In this document: positions 42,835 through 52,483 of the stretch, piece by piece
How positions within the stretch are numbered: the stretch's first letter is position 1
How the letters are laid out: each line of letters begins with the position of its first letter
NCBI GenBank assembly: GCA_036375995.1
Contig: DASVBE010000095.1
Coordinates: forward strand, 6,245 to 70,244
DNA from: Streptosporangiaceae bacterium
GTDB lineage: Bacteria > Actinomycetota > Actinomycetes > Streptosporangiales > Streptosporangiaceae
Direction of reading: 5' to 3'
DNA length: 64,000 nucleotides
Made by a program: the position numbers and the translations under genes
The notes under the pieces: model-generated
What the model saw: the letters and a program-made list of their open reading frames with translations, nothing else
Databases searched by the model: none
What the model was told of the DNA's origin: nothing

Positions 42835-43670
42835 TCGGCGGCGGCCTGGCCCTCGGGGCAGTGCGCACGGAAGTCACACCAGCCGCAGGCCGGCCCGGTC
42901 TGCGGCGGGAACACCCGGTCGAGCCCGGCCGGGCCGGCCCGGTAGCTCTCGTCGGCCGCGGCGCACTCCTCGGCGATGTCCTCGGCCCGGGACAGGTGCC
43001 GCTGCAGCGACTCCGGGGTGTGCGTCCAGCCGATCACCGTGCCCAGGGTGACCTGGTGCAGTTCCACGCGGTAGCAGGGCTGCCGCAGCACCCGGCCCGC
43101 GGCCAGCGCGTACAGCGCCAGGGCCAGTGAGCTGCGGGCGTCGTCGGTGGTCAGCGGGCGCCGCCCGGTCTTGTAGTCGACCACGACCAGCTCGGTAGCC
43201 AGGCCCGGGCCGTCCGCCGCGCCGGGGCCGGCCGGGCGGCGGTCCAGCCGGTCGATCCGGCCGGACAGCGCGATCACGTCCGTGCGGGTGGCCACGGTCC
43301 GCTCCACCCCGGCCGGCTCGGCCGCCGGGTCGAGCCCCGCGGTGTACTGCTCGACGATCTCGCGGGCCCACTCCCGGCACGCATCGGACTGCGCCTGACC
43401 AGCGTAACCCTCACTAATCCAGCCGTCGGTGAGCAGCCGCCCAGCGGCGCCCGGGCGGCGCTCCGAGCGGGGCAGCCGCCACCAGCCCGCGAGCGCGTTG
43501 TGCACGCTTGCGCCCAGGCTGTTGTGCGCCCACGGCGGGCCCTTGGGCGGCGGCGGCCGGTCCAGGTAGGTCATCCGGTACCGGCGCGGGCAGTCCAGCC
43601 AGGTGCTCAGCCGGGTCGGCGTGCACGGGTACAGCCGCCGCGGCATGCCCTCGAAGCCGAGCTGCTCCAC
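42693..43670 (-). CDS. PD-(D/E)XK (RecB/Cas4-like) nuclease with C-terminal Cys cluster
   Basis: ...LSTWLDCPRRYRMTYL..., ...VVVDYKTGR... and ...CGWCDFRAHCP... Pro-rich tail overlaps the convergent hydrolase gene. Confidence 0.8.
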   Translation of the reverse strand: MEQLGFEGMPRRLYPCTPTRLSTWLDCPRRYRMTYLDRPPPPKGPPWAHNSLGASVHNALAGWWRLPRSERRPGAAGRLLTDGWISEGYAGQAQSDACREWAREIVEQYTAGLDPAAEPAGVERTVATRTDVIALSGRIDRLDRRPAGPGAADGPGLATELVVVDYKTGRRPLTTDDARSSLALALYALAAGRVLRQPCYRVELHQVTLGTVIGWTHTPESLQRHLSRAEDIAEECAAADESYRAGPAGLDRVFPPQTGPACGWCDFRAHCPEGQAAADQRRPWDGLADEFTRPDPARPAPPLPAPSVPAPARPEDAADAPPAGS

Positions 43671-43685
43671 TAGGACACGGCCCCG

Positions 43686-44354
43686 TCAGTCCTCGTCGTC
43701 GTCCGGGCCGGCGGCCAGGCCGGCGTCCGGCCCGGCGGAGACCCAGGAGTCGAAGTTCTTCTCCGCGGCGGCGACGGTGAACTCCGGGCCGTGCCCGGGC
43801 AGCACCCGGGTCTCCGGCGCCAGCGTGAGCAGGTTCTCGCCAATCGAGCTCAGCTGGCGCGCGAAGTTGGAGAAGCCGTCATCGCTGGTCACCAGGCCGT
43901 CGGCGGCCAGCAGGTCACCGCAGAAGACGGCGTCGAGCTCCTCGCAGTACAGGCACACCGAGCCCGCGCTGTGCCCGGGGGTGTGCAGCACCTCGAGGGT
44001 GACGTCGGCCACCTCGAACACGCCGCCGTCCTCGATCTCGATGTCCGGGTCGTGGCGGCCGTGCACCTCGCGCCAGGACAGCCGGTCCGCGTTGTGGACG
44101 GCGACCGGGGCCTCGTCCCGATCGGCGACCTCGAACGCCGCGGTGGCGTGCCCGGCGTGGCCGTGCGTGCAGATCACGGCGAGGATCTCGCGCTCGCCGG
44201 CGGCGGCCAGCACGGCCTCGGCGTCGGTGCCGGGGTCCACGACGATGACTTCCTCGTCGTCCCCGATGATCCAGGTGTTCACCCCGGCGGTGACCACCTG
44301 GTCAATGCGGGCTGCCATGCGGTCCTGCCTTTCCTGCCCGGTGCGCGGGCCCAT
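43686..44354 (-). CDS. MBL-fold metallo-hydrolase (motif reads H-x-H-x-G-H)
   Basis: ...NTWIIGDDEEVIVVDPG...ICTHGHAGHA...LHTPGHSAGSVCL...FCGDLL... Confidence 0.82.
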   Translation of the reverse strand: MGPRTGQERQDRMAARIDQVVTAGVNTWIIGDDEEVIVVDPGTDAEAVLAAAGEREILAVICTHGHAGHATAAFEVADRDEAPVAVHNADRLSWREVHGRHDPDIEIEDGGVFEVADVTLEVLHTPGHSAGSVCLYCEELDAVFCGDLLAADGLVTSDDGFSNFARQLSSIGENLLTLAPETRVLPGHGPEFTVAAAEKNFDSWVSAGPDAGLAAGPDDDED

Positions 44355-44376
44355 TGTCTCAGGCGGCGGGAATGGC

Positions 44377-45225
44377 TCAGCGCCCCGTTTCCGGAACAGC
44401 GCCGGTAGCCAGCGAAATCAGGCGTTCGTACTGATGCGGCGCGATGGTATCGCAGCCGATCCGGTCTCCGGTCTGCGTCCCGTGATCGTCGCTGCCGCCG
44501 GTGGCCACCAGACCGAGATCGGCGGCCAGCGCGGCCAGCGCAGCCTGGTCTTCCGCGGTGTGCTCGGGGTGGCTGACCTCGATCCCGGCCAGCCCGGCCG
44601 CGGCAAGCGCCGCGATCGACTCGTCACTCATCCGCAGGGCCCGGCCCCCGGTGCGCGGATGGGCCAGCACGGCCACCCCGCCCGCGCCGCGGACCAGGCC
44701 GACCGCATCCGCCGGGTCGGGGGCGTGGCGGGTCACATGCGCCCGGCCGCCATGACCCAGCCACTGCGGGCCGAAGGCCTCGTCCCAGGTGCGCACCGCC
44801 CCGACGGCCAGCAGGACGCGGGCGATGTGCGGACGGCCCACCACCCCGCCGCCCGCCATCGCGGTGACCTGCTCCCAGGTCACCGGAACGCCGAGGTCCA
44901 CCAGGCGGGCGACCACGGCCCGGGCCCGCTGCTGCCGGCCCGCGCGGATCCGCGCGCACTCGGCGGCCAGCCGTGGCTCGTCCGGGTCGAACAGGTAGGC
45001 CAGCAGGTGCACGCTGCGGCCGTCCTGGCGGCAGGACATCTCCATCCCGGGGATCAGGGTCAGCCCGGCGGGCAGGAACTGACGGGCCGGGGCGTGCCCG
45101 GTCACCGTGTCATGGTCGGTCAGCGCAACCGCGTCCAGCCCGGCCGCGCGGGCCCTGGCCATCACCTCGGCGGGCGGCCGGGTACCGTCGGAGGCGTTGC
45201 TGTGACAGTGCAGGTCGGCGCGCAC
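44377..45225 (-). CDS. PHP-domain phosphoesterase
   Basis: GTG start. MRADLHCHSNASDG...ALTDHDT...AHP... Confidence 0.85.
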   Translation of the reverse strand: MRADLHCHSNASDGTRPPAEVMARARAAGLDAVALTDHDTVTGHAPARQFLPAGLTLIPGMEMSCRQDGRSVHLLAYLFDPDEPRLAAECARIRAGRQQRARAVVARLVDLGVPVTWEQVTAMAGGGVVGRPHIARVLLAVGAVRTWDEAFGPQWLGHGGRAHVTRHAPDPADAVGLVRGAGGVAVLAHPRTGGRALRMSDESIAALAAAGLAGIEVSHPEHTAEDQAALAALAADLGLVATGGSDDHGTQTGDRIGCDTIAPHQYERLISLATGAVPETGR

Positions 45226-45246
45226 GCAAGGACTTTAGCCTGACCA

Positions 45247-45684
45247 ATGGACCATACTGGCCGCGTGACAGGGCGCTCGGTGCCGTGCGTGGGGGCGGTG
45301 ATCACCGACGCGGCGGGCCGGCTGCTGCTGATCCAGCGCGGGCACGACCCGGGCCGCGGGCTGTGGTCGATCCCTGGCGGCCGGGTCGAGGACGGCGAGA
45401 CCGACGCGGCGGCGCTGGTCCGCGAGGTTCGCGAGGAGACCGGGCTGCAGGTCACCGCGGGCCCGCTGGCCGGCATGGTGACAAGGCCGGGCGGGAACGG
45501 CACCACGTTCGAGATCCGCGACTACGCCGCGGTGATCACCGGCGGCACGCTGGCCGCCGGTGACGACGCGGCAGACGTGCGGTGGGCCAGCCCGGTGGAA
45601 CTGGACCGGATGGAGGCCAGGGCGCAGCTGAGCCCCGGGCTGCTGGCCGCGCTGCGGTCCTGGGGCGTGGTCGGCCCGGCGTAG
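45247..45684 (+). CDS. NUDIX hydrolase
   Basis: Nudix box [24 protein letters not shown]. Confidence 0.88.
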   Translation: MDHTGRVTGRSVPCVGAVITDAAGRLLLIQRGHDPGRGLWSIPGGRVEDGETDAAALVREVREETGLQVTAGPLAGMVTRPGGNGTTFEIRDYAAVITGGTLAAGDDAADVRWASPVELDRMEARAQLSPGLLAALRSWGVVGPA

Positions 45685-45709
45685 CGCGGCCGGCGGGCAC
45701 GGGGGCCGG

Positions 45710-46654
45710 TCAGCCCGGCACGGTGCCCTGGGTCGGGGTGAGCCCGGCGGCGCGGCCGCGGGCCGCGGTCACCAGGGCCAGCTTGCGGGAGGCCTCGTCG
45801 ATCATCTGCCCGTCCAGCAGGGCCGCGCCGCGCTGCTCGCCGGTGTAGTGCGCATACGCGGCGAGGATCCGCTCGGCCCGGTCGTAGTCCTGCTGGCTGG
45901 GTGAGAACGCCTCGTTGACCGGGCCGACCTGGCCCGGGTGCAGCACCCACTTGCCGTCGAAGCCGAGCGCCGCGACGCTGGCCGCGGCCCGGGCCAGGCC
46001 CTCGGTGTCGGCGATGGCCGCGTACGGCCCGTCGATGGCCTGCAGGCCGTGCGCCCGCGCGGCGACCAGCAGCCGCAGCAGCGGGTAGTGGAACGCGTCG
46101 CCGCCGGCGTAGCCGGCCGGCTGAGCGCCGATATCCAGGGACCGCATGCCCAGGCTGGCCATGAAGTCCGCGGGGCCGAAGACCAGCGCGGCGAGCCGGG
46201 GCGAGGCGGCGGCGATGGCGTCCACCGCGGCCAGCCCACGGGCGTCCTCGATCTGCGCCTCGATGCCGATCGCGCCGGCCGGGTAGCCCATGGCCTGCTC
46301 GATCTGGCCGAGCAGCAGGTCCAGCCAGACCACGTGCCCGGGCCCGGTCACCTTGGGCAGCACGATCGCGTCCAGGTGCGGCCCGGCCTGCTCCACCACG
46401 TCGACGACGTCGCGGTAGGCCCAGGCCGTGGTGGCGTCGTTGATCCGGACGGCTATCACCCGGCCGCCCCAGCCGCCGTCGCGCAGCGCCTGGACGACGA
46501 CGCGGCGGGCGGCGGGCTTGGCGGCCGGCGCGACCGCGTCCTCCAGGTCGAGGAACACCTCGTCCACCGGCAGGCCCTGGGCCTTGGCGATGAACCGCGG
46601 GCTGCTGCCCGGCACCGCCAGGCAGGACCGCCGGGGCCGGGCGGCAGGCTGCAT
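45710..46654 (-). CDS. HpcH/HpaI aldolase / citrate lyase beta-subunit (CitE)-like CoA ester lyase
   Basis: ...RSCLAVPGSSPRFIAKA...DEVFLDLEDAVAP...GFDGKWVLHPGQV... Confidence 0.82.
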   Translation of the reverse strand: MQPAARPRRSCLAVPGSSPRFIAKAQGLPVDEVFLDLEDAVAPAAKPAARRVVVQALRDGGWGGRVIAVRINDATTAWAYRDVVDVVEQAGPHLDAIVLPKVTGPGHVVWLDLLLGQIEQAMGYPAGAIGIEAQIEDARGLAAVDAIAAASPRLAALVFGPADFMASLGMRSLDIGAQPAGYAGGDAFHYPLLRLLVAARAHGLQAIDGPYAAIADTEGLARAAASVAALGFDGKWVLHPGQVGPVNEAFSPSQQDYDRAERILAAYAHYTGEQRGAALLDGQMIDEASRKLALVTAARGRAAGLTPTQGTVPG

Positions 46655-46765
46655 GACCGGAGGCTAGCAGCCACCCGGCCGCCTGCCGTCGGCAGCCGAC
46701 GGGACCTTCGCCTCTTCAGCAGGTGGAGGTGGGCTGTCACGGTGGCGGACGAGGGGTGATAGGCG

Positions 46766-47248
46766 ATGTTGCCGAGCAAGGCGCGGCGGTGGCTGTACCG
46801 CCAGCGGCACGCGAGCGGTCTGGCCCGGACGCTCAACGCGGCGCAGGCCCGGCTGGCAGCGGCCGGTGCCGGGCCGAAGTGGCTGGTCACGGTCGAGGTC
46901 ACCGGGCGGCGCACCGGCAAAACGATCTCTTTCCCGGCGGTCGTCGCCGACTACGAGAACGGCCGGTATCTGGTCTCGATGCTCGGCGAGGACACCAGCT
47001 GGGTGCGCAACGTGCGCGCGGCCGGGGGGCATGCCGTGCTGCGTCATGGCGGCCGGGAACCGGTCGTGCTGCGCGAAGTCGCGGCCGACCGCCGTGCGCC
47101 GATCCTCCGCTGCTACCTCCAGCGCGCAACGGGCGCGAGGGCGCACATCCCGGTCGACTACCGGGCTCCCGTCGAGGCGTTCGAGCCAATCGCGGCGCAG
47201 TACCCGGTGTTCCGGATAACGCCGTCCAGCGATCCGGCCCGGCAGTGA
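46766..47248 (+). CDS. Nitroreductase-family deazaflavin (F420)-dependent oxidoreductase (DUF385)
   Basis: ...LVTVEVTGRRTGKTISFPAVVADYENGRYLVSMLGEDTSWVRNVRAAGG... is a typical DUF385 core. Confidence 0.78.
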   Translation: MLPSKARRWLYRQRHASGLARTLNAAQARLAAAGAGPKWLVTVEVTGRRTGKTISFPAVVADYENGRYLVSMLGEDTSWVRNVRAAGGHAVLRHGGREPVVLREVAADRRAPILRCYLQRATGARAHIPVDYRAPVEAFEPIAAQYPVFRITPSSDPARQ

Positions 47249-48351
47249 TCCAGCGCAGCAGCGGGGGTGCCGGGCCGCCGACGCCGATCGAGAACGCCAC
47301 CGCGGGGCTGGCTCCGCCCGGCCTGGCCGCGGCCGTCGTGTCCACCGACGGTGCAGCCGAAATCGTCACCAGCGGCCTGGCTGATGTCCGCACCCTGCGG
47401 CCGGTCACCGCGCACACGACCTTCCTGTGGTTCTCGATGACCAAGATCGTGACTGCCACGGCCGTGATGATGCTCGCCGACCGCGGTGCTCTGGACCTGG
47501 ATGCGCCGGTTGCCGGGCACGTTCCCGGGTTGCGGGTGCTGCGCGGTCCCGGCTCGGCGATTACCGCGCGTCACCTGCTGTCGCACTCTTCCGGGCTGGC
47601 GAACCCGCCGCCGGTTCGCTGGGTGCGGCCAGCGGGGGCACCGCCGCCCGACGCCACGGTGTTCCTCGACCGCCTGCTGCACCGGCACCGGCGGCTCCGG
47701 TTCCGGCCGGGGGAGAAAGCGTCCTACAGCAATCTCGGCTATCTCGTCCTCGGGGAGCTCATCACCTCGTGCGCCGGGCAGCCCTTCTGCGAGTTCGTCC
47801 GGAGCGAGCTGCTCGAGCCGCTGGGGATGAGCCGCACCGGTTTCGAGCACGCCCAGGCGCCCGCCGACGCCGCAACCGGCTACTGGCGGCTTCCGCCGGG
47901 AGGGCGGGCCGCGCTGCGCCTGATGCTCCCGCCGGGGATCGTCGGCCCGCACACCCGTGGCCTGGTGTCCTTCCGGCCGTTTTACGTGAACGGGCCACCG
48001 TACGGCGGGCTCGTCGGCGACGTCCACGACGCCGCCCGGTTCCTGGCGCTTCACCTCGGCGGCGGGGCCGCCTTCGGCCAGCGCTTGCTGTCCGCCGAGT
48101 CCGCCATCGCGATGCGCACGCTCACCACCAAGGGCAGGCGGCTGACCACCGGCCTGGGCTGGTGGCGGCGGCACGAGCCGGATGACGCCGGCGGCCTGGT
48201 CGAGCACCTCGGCGGTGGCGGCGCCTACCGGAACCTGATGCGGTTGTACCCGGCCAGCGGGCAGGCCGTCGTGATGTTCGGGAACCTCACCCGCTACCCG
48301 GTGGAGGACCTGGCCCGTACGGTTCTCGCGGCTGGGTCTGCCGTTCCCTAG
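47245..48351 (+). CDS. Serine hydrolase (class C beta-lactamase / PBP4* family)
   Basis: GTG at 47245 overlaps the upstream stop (GTGA). SxxK = FSMTKIV. ...YSNLGYLVLGE... (YxN). The track ORF extension from 46723 was not used. Confidence 0.8.
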   Translation: MIQRSSGGAGPPTPIENATAGLAPPGLAAAVVSTDGAAEIVTSGLADVRTLRPVTAHTTFLWFSMTKIVTATAVMMLADRGALDLDAPVAGHVPGLRVLRGPGSAITARHLLSHSSGLANPPPVRWVRPAGAPPPDATVFLDRLLHRHRRLRFRPGEKASYSNLGYLVLGELITSCAGQPFCEFVRSELLEPLGMSRTGFEHAQAPADAATGYWRLPPGGRAALRLMLPPGIVGPHTRGLVSFRPFYVNGPPYGGLVGDVHDAARFLALHLGGGAAFGQRLLSAESAIAMRTLTTKGRRLTTGLGWWRRHEPDDAGGLVEHLGGGGAYRNLMRLYPASGQAVVMFGNLTRYPVEDLARTVLAAGSAVP

Positions 48352-48719
48352 CCAGCCGCGGCGGCGGTGTCCGGCTGGAACAGCCCGATGATGTTGCCCT
48401 CGGGGTCGAGGATGTACGCGGACCACCCCACGCCGGGAACCGGCAGCTTGCCCTGGGCGACCTTGCCGCCATCGCGCTGGACCCGCTGCAGCGCATCGTC
48501 GATGTCCTCGACTCCCACCGTCAGAACCGGGTGGCGGTGCAGGTCGCTGCGGCTGATGAGCGCGCCGTTGGCGCCAGGCTCGTCGTCCATGCCCGCTCGC
48601 ACCAGCCAGTACTGCTGAGCTCCGAATTCCGAGATCTCCCAGCCGAGGGCATCCCGGTAGAACCCGGCGGCCCGGCCGGGGTCATCCACGGGAATCTCGA
48701 AGTGCACGACCTTTGGCAT
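48348..48719 (-). CDS. VOC (glyoxalase/bleomycin-resistance) family protein
   Basis: MPKVVHFEIPVDDPGRAAGFYRDALGWE...GVGWSAYILDPEGNIIGLFQ. The stop overlaps the convergent stop as CTAG. Confidence 0.85.
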   Translation of the reverse strand: MPKVVHFEIPVDDPGRAAGFYRDALGWEISEFGAQQYWLVRAGMDDEPGANGALISRSDLHRHPVLTVGVEDIDDALQRVQRDGGKVAQGKLPVPGVGWSAYILDPEGNIIGLFQPDTAAAAG

Positions 48720-48804
48720 GACGTTCCCCTTTCAGCTCACGGCTCATGCTCAGCCCCCGGGGCCCCGGCGGGAAGGGCAGAAGGTCCCGTCTCCAGCCAG
48801 CTCA

Positions 48805-49611
48805 CTACCAGCCGTCCTTGCGGGCGCGGGCCTCGTAGAGCAGCACCGAGGCGGAGACCGACACGTTCAGCGAGTCGGCGGTGCCGAGCATCGGCACCGA
48901 GATCTTCGTAAAGCCCTCCGCCTGCCAGGCCGGGGCCAGGCCGTACCGCTCGCTGCCGACCACCAGCGCGGTCCGCCCGGTGTAGTCGGCGTCCCGGTAG
49001 CTGACGGCGCCGCCGGTCTCGGCCAGGTAGACCGTGGCCCCGGCGCCGCGCAGCCAGCCGATGGCCTCGGCGACCTCGGCGAACTCCAGGGCCGGGACGG
49101 TCATGCTCATGCCCTGGCTGCTGCGCAGCACCTTGGGGTGGGTCAGCCGGGTCCGCCGGTTGGTCAGCACCAGGCAGTCCGCGGCGCACGCGTCCAGGGT
49201 GCGGATCAGCGTGCCCAGGTTGCCGGGGATCTCCATCCCGTCCGCGACCAGGATCAGCGCGTCCGGGCGGAGCCGCACCGTGCCCGGCTCCCAGTCCGGC
49301 AGCTGGGCGGCGGACAGCAGGCCGTCCGGGCTGGGCCGCTCGGCCAGCCGGTCCAGGGTCCTGGCCGAGACCTGATAAGCCCGGCGGGCCCGGGCGGCCA
49401 GCTCCGGCGCGCGGGTGCGGGCCTCGTCGGAGTAGGCGGCCTCCGGGCACCACAGGAACGTGTCCAGCCGGGCGGCGGAGGCCAGCAGCAGGTTGTGCTC
49501 CCACAGGCCCTCGGCGACGAACATCCGCCGGGGCAGGCCGGTCCGGTTGCGCTGGATGTCCCGTATCAGCTCGGCCGCGGGATGCCGCAGGCCAATCGGC
49601 TGGAGATCCAT
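48805..49611 (-). CDS. TrmH/SpoU-family RNA 2'-O-methyltransferase (TsnR/NshR-like architecture)
   Basis: ATG at 49611. ...LVADGMEIPGNLGTLIRTLDA...LVVGSERYGL...ISVPMLGTADSLNVSVSASVLLYE... The track ORF extension to 50565 is antisense shadow of mrp. Confidence 0.78.
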   Translation of the reverse strand: MDLQPIGLRHPAAELIRDIQRNRTGLPRRMFVAEGLWEHNLLLASAARLDTFLWCPEAAYSDEARTRAPELAARARRAYQVSARTLDRLAERPSPDGLLSAAQLPDWEPGTVRLRPDALILVADGMEIPGNLGTLIRTLDACAADCLVLTNRRTRLTHPKVLRSSQGMSMTVPALEFAEVAEAIGWLRGAGATVYLAETGGAVSYRDADYTGRTALVVGSERYGLAPAWQAEGFTKISVPMLGTADSLNVSVSASVLLYEARARKDGW

Positions 49612-49683
49612 GCCCGGTATTTTCTCCCGCCCGGCAGGACGGTCGCGGTCCGGCGGCCCCGGCAGGGTTCGTACCATGGAGCC

Positions 49684-50829
49684 ATGGCAACCCCATCTGG
49701 CGTCCCGCCGACCACTGAGCAGGTCAATGAGGCGCTTTCCCGGGTCAACGACCCGGAGATCCACCGTCCCATCACCGAACTTGGCATGGTCAAGGGGGTG
49801 GAGGTCAGCCCGGACGGCGCCGTGCAGGTGGACGTCTGGCTGACCGTGGCCGGCTGCCCGATGCGGGAGACCATCACCCGTGAGGTCACCGCCGCGGTGA
49901 GCAAGCTGCCCGGGGTGACCGGCGTCCAGGTCGGCCTGGACGTGATGAGCGAGGAGCAGCGCCGCGCGCTGCAGAGCCAGCTGCGCGGCGGCCGCCCGGA
50001 ACGGCAGAACCCGTTCGCCAAGGACACCTCGCTGACCCGGGTGTTCGCGGTGGCCAGCGGCAAGGGCGGCGTCGGCAAGTCGTCGGTCACGGTGAACGTG
50101 GCCGCAGCCCTGGCCGCGAGCGGGCAGCGGGTCGGCGTGCTGGACGCGGACATGTACGGCTTCTCGGTGCCGCGCATGCTCGGGGTGACCGGGCTGCCCA
50201 CCCAGGTGGAGAAGATGATCATGCCGCCGTCGGCGCACGGCGTGAAGGTCATCTCGGTTGGCATGTTCACCAAGGCCAACGAGCCGGTGCCGTGGCGCGG
50301 CCCGATCCTGCACCGGGCGCTGGAGCAGTTCCTCGGCGACGTTTTCTGGGGCGACCTGGATGTGCTGCTGCTCGACCTGCCGCCGGGCACCGGCGACGTG
50401 GCGATCTCGGTCGGCCAGCTGCTGCCCAACGCGGAGCTGCTGGTGGTGACCACGCCGCAGGTGGCCGCCGCGGAAGTGGCCGAGCGGGCCGGGGCGCTCG
50501 CCCCGCAGCTGCATCAGCAGGTGGCCGGGGTCATCGAGAACATGTCGTACCTGCCCTGCCCGCACTGCGGGGACCGGATCGAGCTGTACGGCTCGGGCGG
50601 CGGGCAGGCCGTGGCGGACGAGCTGACCAGGCTCATCGGCACCCGGGTGCCGCTGCTCGGGCAGGTGCCGCAGGAGATCGCGCTGCGCGAGGGCGGGGAC
50701 GCGGGCCGGCCGCTGGTGCTCAGCAACCCGGACTCCGAGGCGGCCAAGCAGCTGACCATCATCGCGGACCAGCTGGCGAACCGGCGCCGCGGGCTGGCCG
50801 GGCGCCGGCTGGGCATCACGCCGGTCTAG
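49684..50829 (+). CDS. mrp: Mrp/NBP35 (ApbC) Fe-S cluster carrier ATPase
   Basis: N-terminal DUF59-like ...VNDPEIHRPITELGMV..., deviant Walker A ASGKGGVGKSS, and CPHC in ...YLPCPHCGDRIELYG... Confidence 0.92.
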   Translation: MATPSGVPPTTEQVNEALSRVNDPEIHRPITELGMVKGVEVSPDGAVQVDVWLTVAGCPMRETITREVTAAVSKLPGVTGVQVGLDVMSEEQRRALQSQLRGGRPERQNPFAKDTSLTRVFAVASGKGGVGKSSVTVNVAAALAASGQRVGVLDADMYGFSVPRMLGVTGLPTQVEKMIMPPSAHGVKVISVGMFTKANEPVPWRGPILHRALEQFLGDVFWGDLDVLLLDLPPGTGDVAISVGQLLPNAELLVVTTPQVAAAEVAERAGALAPQLHQQVAGVIENMSYLPCPHCGDRIELYGSGGGQAVADELTRLIGTRVPLLGQVPQEIALREGGDAGRPLVLSNPDSEAAKQLTIIADQLANRRRGLAGRRLGITPV

Positions 50830-50851
50830 GGGGCGCGGCCCGCGGCCGCCG

Positions 50852-51211
50852 CTAGGTCGCGTCGATGTCGTACGGGGGCCGCTCCCCCGGGGTCAGCGTT
50901 TCCACCGGCGACTGGTACGGCGACGGCGAGTAGGCCGCGTCGGCCGCCGCGGCTGTGGCCGCGTCCTCGTTCAGGTCGTCGAGCAGGTGCTTGCGCACGA
51001 AGTTCTTCGGGTGCAGGTCGGCGATCTCGAAGTCGCTGAACTCGGGGCCCAGATTCTCCCGCAGGTCGGCCTGGGCGCCCTCGGCCAGGCGCCGCAGCTC
51101 GCGGATGGCCCGGCCCGCCTGGGCGGCGAACTTCGGCAGCTGGTCCGGACCGAAGATCAGCAGCGCCAGCACGCCAAGGACCAGCAGCTTGGGAAGGGAC
51201 AGATCGAACAC
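50852..51211 (-). CDS. tatB: Sec-independent translocase component TatB
   Basis: GTG start. MFDLSLPKLLVLGVLALLIFGPDQLPKFAAQAGRAIRELRR... (TM + amphipathic helix), then an acidic tail. Position between mrp and the sigE cluster as in mycobacteria. Confidence 0.85.
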   Translation of the reverse strand: MFDLSLPKLLVLGVLALLIFGPDQLPKFAAQAGRAIRELRRLAEGAQADLRENLGPEFSDFEIADLHPKNFVRKHLLDDLNEDAATAAAADAAYSPSPYQSPVETLTPGERPPYDIDAT

Positions 51212-51337
51212 GGTCGGTGCTCCAGCCTCGGGCTAGGCGGGCCCAGTCGAGGCCTGCCTGCAACCAATGTAAACCGTCCAGGGAGGCCGGGCCGCGGGCA
51301 CGGCCGGTAACGGCCCTCCGTGAGCTATTCGGGGCCG

Positions 51338-52483
51338 TCAGCGGAACGGGTTGGCCCAGGAGGCCAGCCGCTTCAGGCCGTGCGCGATCCGCCCCCAGAA
51401 CCCGCGCGGCGGGTCGTGCGGCATGGCCGCCACCACCGAGCTGACCACGGCGGGCGGTGCCGCGGCGATGACCGTGTACACGAAGCCGTGCGCCGACCAG
51501 GACAGGCTGCGCTGGTCCGGGTCACTGGAGTAGACCTCGTGGCCGGACACGCTGATCTCCCGCCAGCCGGGCAGCACCACCGGCAGCGCGCCGCGCTGCA
51601 CGAAGACCGACACCACCGACAGCCCGTCGGAGTAGTCCAGGTCGACGACCTGCGACGTGCGGTGCGCGGCCAGCAGGCGGAGGCCGCCGGGCAGCCCACT
51701 GGGGGCCGGCCAGCCCTGACCGCGCAGCGTGTCCAGCTGCGCCGCGGTCAGCTTCGCCGGCCACTGGCCGACGCTCTGCGCAGGCATCCCGGCCAGCGCG
51801 GTGGCACCGAAGCGAAGGTCGAGGAAGGTGTCCTCGCTGATCAAAGCGCTGCTGGTGTCGAAGGTCTCCCGGCGCAGCAGCAGCTTGGTCCCCCGGTCCA
51901 GCCAGAACCTGGCCGCCAGGCTGCCGTCCGGCCGGGTCAGCTGCACGATCCGGGCCGGGCGGCCGGCCACCTGGCCACGGCTGGTGGCGGCGATGGAGTA
52001 GTGCGCCTGGATCAGGTCGACCATCTGCTGGCTGATGCCGAGCACGCCGTCCGGATCCTGCACGGTGGGCGAGGTGGCGGTGGCCGACCCGGCCACGCTG
52101 GGGCCGTCAAGCCCGGCGGCCAGCGCGGCCGGGATGGAGCCCATGCTGGTCGTGTTCGCCCGGACGCTGCCGTTGCGCGGATGCCAGACCTGGATCAGCG
52201 ACATGCTCGGGCCCCGGGGGCCCCACCAGGCGACCAGCTGCTCGCCGCCGTAGGGCACGGCCAGGGCGGCGCTGGCGGCCGCGGAGAGCAGGCGCAGCCC
52301 GGCCCGGGCCGCCGCGGTGCTGACCGTCAGCGGGCGGGGCGCAGCGGGCTCGGACCCGCGGTCCGCGGGCGCAGGGCCGACCGCGGAGTCCACCAGAGTC
52401 ACCGCGGCGAGTGCCGCGGTGAGAAGCCCGAGGGCCAGGCCGGCGCCGGAGAGCCGGCGGCCCGGGGGGATCAGCGTGATCAC
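51338..52483 (-). CDS. MucB/RseB-like protein
   Basis: GTG at 52483 overlaps the anti-sigma stop (GTGA). Signal/TM LALGLLTAALAAVTLV. ...ARFWLDRGTKLLLRRETFD...VVDLDYSDGLSVVSVFVQRGALP... resembles the RseB family. Confidence 0.65.
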   Translation of the reverse strand: MITLIPPGRRLSGAGLALGLLTAALAAVTLVDSAVGPAPADRGSEPAAPRPLTVSTAAARAGLRLLSAAASAALAVPYGGEQLVAWWGPRGPSMSLIQVWHPRNGSVRANTTSMGSIPAALAAGLDGPSVAGSATATSPTVQDPDGVLGISQQMVDLIQAHYSIAATSRGQVAGRPARIVQLTRPDGSLAARFWLDRGTKLLLRRETFDTSSALISEDTFLDLRFGATALAGMPAQSVGQWPAKLTAAQLDTLRGQGWPAPSGLPGGLRLLAAHRTSQVVDLDYSDGLSVVSVFVQRGALPVVLPGWREISVSGHEVYSSDPDQRSLSWSAHGFVYTVIAAAPPAVVSSVVAAMPHDPPRGFWGRIAHGLKRLASWANPFR

